Assembly (NCBI GenBank): GCA_951406725.2
Contig: OX597819.1
Coordinates: 116,498,001-116,562,000, forward strand
Direction of reading: 5' to 3'
From: Octopus vulgaris
Taxonomy: Eukaryota
Length of the DNA stretch: 64,000 nt
The notes beneath the pieces are model-generated. The model saw only the letters and a program-made list of their open reading frames with translations, was not told where the DNA came from and made no database searches. Position 1 is the first letter of the stretch, and every line of letters starts with the position of its first letter. Shown one piece after another: positions 1-10,499 of the stretch. The position numbers and the translations under genes were made by a program.

Positions 1-751
1 ATTCCTTCAGCGCACAGGATAACGGCTACTTGTAAACGTGTTACAGTAATGGGATTCATACAAGTGATATTTGGTCAGAAATCTGTCAGCAATGACACTC
101 TGTATATGCACCTGAATTTGGAATTTGGTTTACACTCAAATCGAAACCTAGAGAGAGGGTATTACACTTAATACACTTACATATATATACACGTCTAAAT
201 ACACAAATATTCATACATATATACACACATACAACAAGCTCTGAGACAATCTTTCTGCACATAATCTCAAAATACGTTCAACAAAATACAGAAAATTGGA
301 TCTGGCATTATCATGAATACCAGAATAATTACCGATATACTTCAAGCATCAATATCGCCTATTTTATCTCTGATAAAAGAATCGCTAATTGAAAGATGAG
401 ATTCAAAGACGTAAGGAAACGCCTTTTCATAACATCGCTCGTGTTGAATTCGTACATATTTACGATTAATTCAAATATTTCAGTAATATGGTTTCGTTTG
501 ATAAGTTACACATGATATGAATTTGCGACATCTAAGAATGTATGTAGGGTAGTAACTTCAGAAGAAAGTTATGTATGTGCGCTGCTAGTATAAAACCCTC
601 GTCTAAAAGGTAAAATTGAATCTCTAATGAGGGCAATGCAATAAGTGGCTGTTAACCTTCTCTCTTTTTCTATCACTCTGTGTCTCTGTCTCTCTCTCTC
701 TGTATATATGTATGTATCTGTGTATATATGTATATATATATAAATGTACAT

Positions 752-823
752 TACTCTTTTTTACTCCTGTATTATTTTCAGTCATTTGACTGCTTCCATG
801 CCAGAACACCGCCTTTAGTCGAA
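752..823 (-). mobile_element. SINE family A, 3' fragment
   Basis: 'ttcagtcatttgactgc..ccatgc..gaacaccgcctttagtcga' matches the tail of fuller copies at 4735 and 58799. Confidence 0.75.
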
Positions 824-1115
824 CCTGTTTGCTTTCTTGTGTCAAGCAGTCAGGCTTATACTAAATACATTTGTGAAAATATATACTGTGCGTATTAGCC
901 TCTTGATTTTCTTTTTAATTTCTCATTTAATTTCTGTTTAAACTGTTTTCAAAGTTTCCATGTGTAGCCCTTGTAGCTATTTAACCAAAACATTATTGTT
1001 TTCTTATAGCATAGCTACCGGTCTTGCTAGGAAATATACTAGATAATCTGAATCGAGTCAACTTACCTCAGAGAGAGAGAGAGAGCACATGACGTTGAAT
1101 GTCAGCTCTTTTAAG

Positions 1116-1170
1116 TACAGTAATCCCTCGACTAACGAGGGTTAAAATCTACGATGTAGAAACAGTACTC
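1116..1170 (+). mobile_element. Possible pogo/Tigger-like terminal remnant
   Basis: TA + CAGTAATCCCTCGAC resembles pogo/Tigger termini as I recall them; no partner end found. Confidence 0.3.
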
Positions 1171-1174
1171 TCCC

Positions 1175-1376
1175 CTTTTACTCATTTACATGTTTCAGTC
1201 ATTTGACTGTGGTCATGATGGAGCACCACCGTTTTTTAGTCGAACAAATCTTTTCCCAGAACTTATTCTTTCTAAGCCTAGTACTTATTCTTTCAGTCTT
1301 TTGCCGAACCACTAAGTTACTGGGACGTAAACACACCAGCATCGGTTGTCAAGTGATGTTGGGGGAACAAACATAG

Positions 1377-1466
<90 letters not shown>

Positions 1467-1604
1467 CGGGCTTCTTTTTCAGTTTCCGTCCACCAAATCC
1501 ACTCAGAATGATTTGGTCGGCCCGAGGCTAAAGAAGAAGACACTTGCCCAAGGTGTCACACAGTGGGATTGAACATAAAACCATGTGGTTTGTAAGCAAG
1601 CTAC
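1175..1604 (-). mobile_element. SINE family A (tRNA-derived), body and tail; head interrupted by a 3-kb insertion
   Basis: Colinear with the intact copy at 4735-5143, with internal (CA)n(TA)n; missing head resumes at 4644. Confidence 0.9.
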
Positions 1605-2018
1605 TTTATTTCATTTTATTTGCCATAAAGGCAGTATACAGAGTAGTTGCGGGCTGGGCAAACACATTAATGAATGAAAATGAAAATGAAAATGAATAAA
1701 TGAGACACGAAACCCAACACCCGCCGATTGGACTTTTCCCGAAAACATATTTTCTTTTTATTTAAAAATCAATATGAGGTTTCAAACCTCTTACAGGTAG
1801 GAGAAACTAAAACCTATTACTTAAAATGTTTTTCAAAAAATAAACACACAATTGAGATTATAAACTACTACAAAAAACGCAATAAAATGAGGTTTCAAAC
1901 CATGTGGTTCGTAAGCAAGCCACTTTATTTCACCTCCTACTCATCGATATATCCATCAATATATCCATCATTATCTTCAATGCCGCATGAGTTCCTGTAT
2001 CCCGCCATTTCCCATGCC

Positions 2019-2685
2019 TCACTCATGAAGGACATCTGGGTCGTGTAATACCCACCCGTCTATATATGAAACTCCTCCCCAAATCCTTTCCCACAAGGGA
2101 AACCTTATGACCTCCACAGCTATGTGCGGAGGCCATTCGGGATCCCATGTGAAGGCCATATACACTGTCTCTTTATATGCTTCTACTTTTTTCCACCTCT
2201 CCGCCCTTGTAGAAAAAGATAATTCATCATCTTTAATGGTGATGGTCATTTCTTCCTCCGTGGGTGGCAAAACTTCGGGACATGCAGACGGCACATCATC
2301 TCCCACCTGCAATGACCCGTTCTTCTTTCTCTTTTTTATTTTCTTCCTACTTCGGGAGAGTGAAGCTCTTCCGCTTTGTCCCGAGTCTCTCCCCACCTCC
2401 CGAAGCCTTCGCGTCCTTCGGCGGGAAACTATTTTTGTCCGCTTTCTGCCTTTTTAAACCATACGGCTGAATGCTTGATACCGCGGGATATGTATTTCAC
2501 AGAGGACAAATAATCTTTCAGTTCATTTTCTATATTACTGGTGTTGGGAAGACGGTGATGGTATCAAGAACTTTAGAATAAGTTCTAAGCACCATTCTCC
2601 TCTCCTCCATATCTTTTAACCACTGCTTAGGCGGGTTCATTTCCCACTCCAAGACAGAGTTCTTTTTAATTTCTTTCTCTGCCAT
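2019..2685 (-). pseudogene. ORF1-like paralogue B (frameshifted, apparently internally deleted)
   Basis: ATG at 2685: MAEKEIKKNSVLEWEMNPPKQWLKDMEERRMVLRTYSKVLDTITVFP/ENELKDYLSSVKYISRGIKHSAVW aligns to the N-terminus of ORF A; track ORF 2019-2396 is the likely C-terminal part. Confidence 0.7.
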
Positions 2686-3090
2686 GTCCAAAAAAACAGT
2701 TCAAAAGTAGTTAAAAAAACAGTCCACCAAAAAATTAAAACCAAAAATAAATAGAAGCAAAACAAAATAAAAGAGAAAGAAAGGACACTGAAATTAAAAT
2801 AATGAAGAAGAATGAACCAAAATTTAGAAAGAAAGAAAAAAATGGAAGAAGGAAAAAATTAAAGGAAAACCTCACAAATTGAACAGGCGAAATCCTTTGT
2901 ATAGTACTCCAACAGGTAATCCAATAGCCGGGGTTCTTCTTGATAATACTCCAGTTAGGTACTCCCCACTGTCTCTAGCGAAATACGCCCACCAGAATAT
3001 ATGTTATTTGGCGAAAAAATTTTCAATTCACCGTTATATCAAAGGAACTTTCTATATAATTCTCTACAGCCCCTCCCCTGAGAAAGAAGA

Positions 3091-4082
3091 TCACATGTTC
3101 TCCAACATTTCCACTAGGAGGGGGCCTTCTCCCCCCCCCACCCTTCGGTGGCTCACGTTCAACCGAAAGCGTTTCGGAACATGCCGCCGGTGCACCAGTA
3201 ATCGCCGGCGATACCCCGTTTTGCTTCTTTCTTTTATATTTTTGTTTACGACCGGAGTGTGGCTTTCCTCCGTCATTTTCGGAAGTCCCTCCTTCCCTCT
3301 CGCCACCTCAGAATCCATTGCTGCCTACCTTTCTTTTTTTTTTTTTTTTTAGGGGTTCACCTCCTCCTTGACTTTCTCTATCTCTCCCTCCGTTATATAA
3401 TCAGGAGGCGCCGTTGGAGGAAAAACATCCTCCTCTATTAACTGCTCCAGTGCCCTTGCTTGGTTCTTGGGGCAGTTCTTCTTTATGTGGTCCGATTCCA
3501 GGTACAGGTGACACTTGGGTGGGGGTGGGGCGTCCCTCAAGTGTCACTGGATACCTATAACCTGCCATCTTTAGAAAATCTGGAAAAACCAGATCTTTGG
3601 CTGAGAGTCCATAGAGTCAAAATTGCTTTCGACCCGACCCAATCAGCCAGAGGAACCATTTTAACATTCAAGAGCCTGGCTCCGCTGTCTCCCAGACACC
3701 GGCGGATAGTGTCCTCCATCCAATCAGGCTCTATTTCGAGTGGCAGCCCACTCACCCAGGCACTTGTCAATTTCCTCCCTTGATATGTGGGGAGAAACAA
3801 AACATTTTCCCCTTCCAGGGGCTGGCTAGCGAAGATGCTAGCCTCCTTAGTGGTGTCTAATAGCAACCACACTATTGCAAATTTGACACCCCTTGCAATA
3901 GACTTGATAGTTGGCAGGTATTCTGTCAACTCTTTTCCTATTTCTACTTGAGGGAATACAGTGATGGTGTCGAGGGACTTGGAATATGTCCTGAACACCA
4001 CCAATCTCTCATTACGGTCCTTTATCCACTGCTTAGGGGGTAAAATTTATCACTCCAGTACAGTGGTTTTCTTTGTTGCCAT
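3091..4082 (-). pseudogene. ORF1/gag-like protein A with degenerate CCHC zinc knuckle
   Basis: ATG at 4082: MATKKTTVLE**ILPPKQWIKDRNERLVVFRTYSKSLDTITVFP...; knuckle CHLYLESDHIKKNC (CX2[C>Y]X4HX4C) at 3472-3513; stops and frameshifts. Confidence 0.7.
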
Positions 4083-4643
4083 GCTTGCAAAAACGACGAA
4101 GGAAAAGGAGTTCAACAGAAAGTTCAAATATTCCAAATAAAAGTTCAATAAAAAAAACAAAAAAAGTACAGAAAGACAGAGCAGTGAGAGAGAACGAAGG
4201 AAGACAATTCAATTCACAGCAACATAATTCCGTCACTCCGGTAATCCACAAGAATAAAGGTACTCTAGTTCACCTTCGCGGCACAAAAATTAATTCTTCC
4301 TGTCCTCGTACTCCTTACCTGTGGTAAATCCAATGGAACTTCCAGGACACGAACACAGTCACACAAATACAATTTTCACAACAAAACTTTTGCGGAGCGG
4401 ATACGCCTCCTCAATCACACAATTCTCACTGCAAAGTGAGTCTTTTCGCAGGACCACAGGCAGACAAATGTCTGGAGCAGAGTGGAAAATGTTGCTCAAC
4501 AAAAATTATTAAATGCAGGGCAACAAACTCCACTAATCCCACAAAAATATAAGAAACGCCTACCTGTAGTCGAGCTTCAAAACGTTCAATATTTCACGTC
4601 GAAAGACGTGACTTCCAAGTAACAAGAACTCTCCTGTAGTAAG

Positions 4644-4682
4644 GTAAGCAAGCTAATTACCACACAGCCACTCCTACATCTA
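4644..4682 (-). mobile_element. SINE family A 5' head (remainder of the 1175 copy)
   Basis: gtaagcaagcta.ttaccacacagccactcct matches the head of the copy at 4735-5143. Confidence 0.85.
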
Positions 4683-4734
4683 TTGTACTCTATTGTATAT
4701 TCATTATTATTTTTTTTATAATTTATATATTTTT

Positions 4735-5143
4735 TTCTCTTTTACTTGTTTCAGCCATTTTGACTGAGGCCATGCTGGAGCACCGTCTTTTAGTCGAGCA
4801 AATCGATCCCGGAACTTATTCTTTTGTAAGCCCAGTACTTATTCTATCGAACTCTTTTGCCGAACCGCTAAGTGACGGGGACGTAAACACACCAGCATCG
4901 GTTGTCAAGCAATGCTAGGGGGACAAACACAGACACACAAACATATACACTCACATACATATATATATATACATATATACGACAGGCTTCTTTCAGTTTC
5001 CGTCTACCAAATCCACTCACAAGGCTTTGGTCGGCCCGAGGCTTTAGCAGAAGACACTTGCCCAAGATGCCACGCGGTGGGACTGAACCCGGAACCATGT
5101 GGTTGGTTAGCAAGCTACTCACCACACAGCCACTCCTGCGCCT
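4735..5143 (-). mobile_element. SINE family A, full length
   Basis: A box TGGCTGTGTGGT, B box GGTTCAGTCCC, 'cttgggcaagtg' (CORE-like), internal microsatellite, GTAAAAGA tail, ~40-bp flanking direct repeat. Confidence 0.92.
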
Positions 5144-5659
5144 ACATATTGTATATTTATTATTATTTTTATAATTTATATATATTTATTTTATTATAAA
5201 TGCAAAAAAAACACCTCGGAGGAATCGACGTAAGCTTAAATAATAAACCACAATAGGTGACCGTGATATAGAAAGGGGTTGCTGTAGAGCTCATTTTTGC
5301 GATAATCTGATATAATTTTCTCATTCATGTGTTTTTACAACTTCTTTGTAATGTCCGTAATGCATCCAAGCTTTCCAATTGCTATTTTCACCGCCATGAT
5401 GACGTGTTGGTGGTAAATTTTGAAGTGAATCTCAGAATCAAGACTATTGAATATGTTGCAAGACGCAACGAAAATTTTAGGAGAATAAAAATAAGAAATA
5501 AGTGGAAATTTTCCAGTGCGTCTGTTAAATTATAAAGAACAAAAGAAAATATCTCACCCAGACACAACAGACTATGCTTCAACACACGAACTCACATAAA
5601 AAATCTTGCAAACCAAATCCAAAAACGAAATGATGGTTCTAGTTGTATCAGTATTTTTG

Positions 5660-5864
5660 CAGAGCTAGAAGAATAGTTAGCACGACAGAGAAAATGCGTA
5701 ATAGTATTTTCTTCTGACTTCGGAGTTCAAATTCCGCCAAGGCGGTCTTTGTCTTTCCTCCTTTCGGGCTCGATAAAATTAAGTGCCAGTAAATCACTGA
5801 GGTTGATGTAATCGACTTACCTCGTTCCTCCCAAATTTCAGGCCTTGTGACTATAGTAGAAAGA

Positions 5865-5865
<1 letters not shown>
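5660..5865 (+). mobile_element. SINE family B, alternative-tail variant (Bb), diverged
   Basis: gagttcaaattccgcc B box, central cctttcggg.tcgataaa..aagt.ccagt domain, tail caggccttgtgactatagtagaaag followed by (ATT)n. Confidence 0.8.
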
Positions 5866-5896
<31 letters not shown>

Positions 5897-5899
5897 CAT

Positions 5900-5958
<59 letters not shown>

Positions 5959-5970
5959 TTATTATTATTA
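5865..5970. repeat. (ATT)n/(ACT)n microsatellite
   Basis: Direct reading. Confidence 0.95.
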
Positions 5971-6105
5971 AGGCCATGGGTTTGCTGAATCGTTAGCCCG
6001 TGCAAGAGGGCGATGAAATAGGGTACCAGTTACGCACTCGGGTTGATGTAATCGACTAGCCCCCTCCTTCAACATGTCAAGCCTTGTGTCTTTAGTAGAA
6101 AAGAT
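5971..6105 (+). mobile_element. SINE Bb, internally deleted
   Basis: gtaccagttacgcac...gatgtaatcgact...gccttgtgtctttagtagaaaag. Confidence 0.65.
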
Positions 6106-7129
6106 TATTAGTATAATTAGTAGTAGTAGTTGTTGTAGCAGAAGCAGCAGCAGCAGCAGCATTAGTAGTAGTAGTTGTAGTAGTAGTAGTAGTAGTTGCA
6201 GCAGCAGTTGCCATAGTAGTAGATTGTTTTTGGTTGGTGCTGAACAAAATTTATGAGTTATATTGGCAGACATTTTAAAAGGTGATAAGACACTTTGATA
6301 TCTAGAAGTAATACTCTATATCATTTCAGCTCCTCTCTATTTCAATTTAGAACTTACAATTCCATTGTTAACATTATGCATCGTAACTTTGAAGAATATT
6401 CTTTAAAACTCATACCAACGAATTACTGACGTATATATTTCTTTCATTTATCACACTCGACGTTTAGTGGTGTGTGTTTGACCAAGTTGTATTTATTCAC
6501 AAATAAATATATAATTGCTACGTGTTGGTTGGTTGTCTTCCCATTCTTTGTTTGCAGTTAGTTTCAAAGATTATTGTGAAATTTGTAGTAGTATAAAATT
6601 GGGTAGATTAATATTTTTATCTTTGTGATTTGAAGGAGAAAAATCATTGTGTATTCAACATAGAATATTTAGAATTATGGATATAGTGTACGTCCAGAAA
6701 ATTGTAGATGTTCAAAGCTTCAAACGAATGTAGTTTAATTGTAATCATAGGCTGTGTTCAAAGATGGGAAAACACGTTCGCTCTGTTGTTAATGTTGTTG
6801 TTATTTGTTAAAATTACGATTATTTGTATATAGTTTGTCATTCTTTTCTGCAAAATTGAAATGTGCGTGTATATATATATATATATATATGGGCGTGTGT
6901 GCATCTGTGTCGTGGTTTGTGTGTGTGTGTGTACTTGTATGCATGTGTATATACATAGAAATACGTGCACATACATATATACAAATATATATTACTTAAC
7001 ATACTAATTGTATTATATATAGACACATGCACACACACACACACACATACACACACATATATATATATATACATATTTTAAATATATATATATACATATT
7101 ATATATATATGTATATATATATATATATA

Positions 7130-7198
7130 TACTAATACATCTGTTTGTTTTGTACACCACCTGTCTTCGTCTTTTGTTTTTTTCGTGAACTCTCCCTG
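7130..7198 (+). mobile_element. PLE terminal-repeat remnant within (TA)n
   Basis: Near-identical to 59746-59808, which follows a hammerhead-like motif. Confidence 0.65.
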
Positions 7199-7212
7199 CA
7201 TATATATATATA

Positions 7213-7278
<66 letters not shown>

Positions 7279-7300
7279 TATCTATCTATCTATCTATCTA

Positions 7301-7359
<59 letters not shown>

Positions 7360-8335
7360 CAACAAATTTGACGTCAAAGAACTAATTATTAGTTTGACTT
7401 CAAAAGAGATAAGAAAGTATGAGTTCTCTTACCGATCCCATTCATCGAAAAAGATTTAGATTACCGAAGAAAAGTTTATAGCATGGAAACTAAGACAGAA
7501 ATATCTGTTATTGTTCTGTGATATCTGGCATTACAAATACCTATACACACACAAGTAGCTGGTCCACATTTTATTTGTATTTTTCTGAATAGATTTCTTG
7601 CCACACAATCTAACAATATTTACTGGTAATATTATTAGAGAAAATTCTACATTAATCATTGAAACCAAATCATCTTCAACACAAATCTGTACCGAAAATA
7701 TGAAAGGCGAAATATTACACGAGTTTCCTAATTGAGCAACCTTCACAAAGAAAGAAACTATTACATGAAAATACGACTAGCTATACAACACACACATGAT
7801 GTTAGATAAACTAGAATCTAATCTACACCATGGAAGGGAAACCTTTTATTGGTAATCTGGAGCACAAATATAAACAGCTTTATTTCCTCACACATCATGT
7901 TTAACAGGCACATGGAAGAATGACGTGTTAATGATACAGAATTACATAAGGAACGATAAAAATGCTGAGTACAGAGAGGGAAATAAAGAGTAAAATCCTT
8001 TTCCTTATCATACTATACATTGAGGGTTCTAAAAGCAGTACTATATGTGCAGCTGAGAAAAGGACTGACATTCGCAGTTACATAGGTAATTATGGAAACA
8101 ATATAAGCAATTACATTTGTTTTGTACTTTTCAAGACATACCATTCGCAGACTAAATGAAGAAGTAATGACTGCTTGAATAATCATTTGATGGCTACCAT
8201 CATTACTAGAGTTCTCAGATGTGCAGTAAAGAGGACATATCCTTGACAAATCAAAGACTGCAACGAAATTAACCAATTGATTGATTGACAAGACAATTAC
8301 TCTAGCAATTGTTTGGTTATAAGTTTCATTAATTA

Positions 8336-10186
8336 CACTCTCCGACGAATTCTAACTTTTTTTCGGCTGACCTAAGTTTGAGACCGGTTTTGGGATAATT
8401 TGGAGTCAGTGAGATTAAAAATGGCAATAGTAGGTTTTTTGTTATTGTTTTAATCACATCTATTTTTTTTTCTATGGACTAAGCACGTAAGGTCCCACCC
8501 GTAGCTCCATGTTTGAAATGTTTGAATTCCCTTGACTGTTTTGTTATGTATGTGGGAAATTTACAGTACCATGTCAAAGAATGAAGGCTACTGACATTGT
8601 GAAAAGATCCTGCTTAGTTTACATTAAGATTAAATTTGGTGATCAGGATAAATCGTGGGCCCGCCAAATGTATGTAAAACCTATGAACAAAGAGCGCAAG
8701 GAAACAACTAACATCTGACATTCCTATGATATAGCTGGAGCCAAAGAACCATGTCCACGATTGCTACTTTTGTCACACAATGACGTCTGGTTATAGGAAG
8801 TGAACCTGATAGAAAATACGTTACCCATATCTGGATTTAGCTATTCATCCAGTGCTTCACTCAGATGGAAACCAGTACCTGTTTTCAAGGATCTCCCTTC
8901 ACTGCAAGATCAAAGTGCTGATATATGTGAAGTAAATGTGTTGAACTGTATGATCCTAATGAATGGAGACTCTTTATACGTAGTTCGAAGTAGGGTCTAA
9001 AATGTGTATTACTCTATAATGGAAACATATATGGTGCGTTGCTATTGATCCATCTGTACACTTAAAAAAGAATTCTGATCACATGAAACTTGTGTTAGAT
9101 TTACAAAAATGGGTCACATATGATAAACAAAAATGGGTCACATATGTGGATATAAAAATGGTCAAATTTTTACTTGGCTAACAAGGGAGGTATACAAAAT
9201 ATCAGCGTTTTCTGTATTTATGGGATAGGCAAGCGAGAGACAAGCATTGAAAACAGAAACTCTGCCCAGTTAGGAAATGTTTGACTGTTGGGGGGGGGGG
9301 AGAATATCATACACCAACCACTGGTTGAGCGAGAAAAATCATCTTTGCACCCCTTCATATTAAACTAGGACTGATGAAGTAACCTGTCAAAGCTCTTAAT
9401 GTGGAGGGTAACTGTTTCAAATTCGTGTGTACAACATTTCCTGGCCTACGTTATAATAAAATATCGGCTAGGTTTTTTTGATGGGCCACAAATCAGAAAG
9501 TTAACGAAATGACAGAATCTCTCGAATATCATGGCTAACATAGAAAAAAGAATTTGGAATTTATTTGTGACTGTTGCGAAAGGACTTTGGGGAGAGTGAA
9601 AGGGCTGCAAACTACAAGGATTTGGTGGAGACATTACTTGATAGCTTCCATCTTTTAGGCTGCAACATGAGCATAAAGCTTCAGCTCCTCAATAGCCATC
9701 TTCGATGAATTTCCCGCTAATCTCAGAGACGTGAGCGACGAGCATGGAGGAGAGATATAAAGGCCGATGGAACACACACTTGATGGCAAAGTACTGTTAG
9801 AATATTCAAAAAGACTGTGTAGACATGAAATACTCCATATACCCTCGCAAGCAGAAATTTGTTCCATAAATATGAAGCTATAAGTACGATGGTTTGTGTT
9901 TTATGTATCATATTAGAACGTTAACAGCATGTATTTAATAAAAGGTGATGCTATCTTACATTGAATATTCTATCGACATTATAAATTATGGTTTGAAGCT
10001 AAAAGACTTAGTAAACTATCCTGACCAAGTAAATTATTTATACTGTATCTTATAAAATAGGGGTATGCTTTAGAAGGAAAACCTGATGCATTGGGGACAA
10101 ATGGAGGCCTTATTTGAAATCAGAATTTCAAAATTAACTAAGGCCAATCGCACAGCCGACGTCAGAATAAAGTTTGTTGACCAGTG
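8336..10186 (+). mobile_element. Chapaev3-like (CMC) DNA transposon, both ends present, decayed
   Basis: TTA TSD (8333-8335 and 10187-10189), CACT...AGTG termini with imperfect TIRs, transposase remnants inside; family name from recalled motifs. Confidence 0.75.
8510..9830 (+). pseudogene. Transposase pseudogene
   Basis: CLNSLDC-CYVCG, KFGDQDKSWA, EPKNHVHDCYFC, FLYLWDRQAR, PLHIKLGLMK, FFDGPQIRKL, GCNMSIKL, FPANLRDVSDEHGE; many stops and frameshifts. Confidence 0.85.
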
Positions 10187-10269
10187 TTATCTACTCGACT
10201 AAAAACAGCACTTTTAACTTAATCGATCAGTTTATACTCTGAGTATGCCATGAGGTTTCCAGAAATGCG

Positions 10270-10416
10270 ATCTACTCACGTGTCAAGTTTTATCAATCTC
10301 GATAAAATGATGTAGGAGCAGTTAGACAACAACTGTTGGAGTAGCGAAACAATTATGAAAACGGAACCAAGGGATAAGCTCCGTTTTCCCGGGAATTACC
10401 GGCTACGTCAGCTAGT
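10270..10416 (+). mobile_element. Possible Helitron-type 3' end
   Basis: Subterminal hairpin ccgg-gaatta-ccgg followed by CTAG|T (10412-10416). Confidence 0.4.
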
Positions 10417-10457
10417 ATATGCATATATATATATATATAACACATATATATATATAT

Positions 10458-10499
<42 letters not shown>

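Larger units (their letters stand above)
1605..4643 (-). mobile_element. Non-autonomous ORF1-only (gag-like) retroelement, probably L1/Tx1-related
   Basis: Flanked by GTAAGCAAGCTA (1592-1603 and 4644-4655); minus-strand 3' end ...GCAAATAAAATGAAATAAA; two ORF1-like pseudogenes; no RT motifs seen. Confidence 0.75.

Noticed and set aside
7600-7990. Possible RTE endonuclease remnant (NQIIFNT..HEFPN); similar weak hints at 5420-5600 and 52930-53150
   Set aside because: Too degenerate to support by eye
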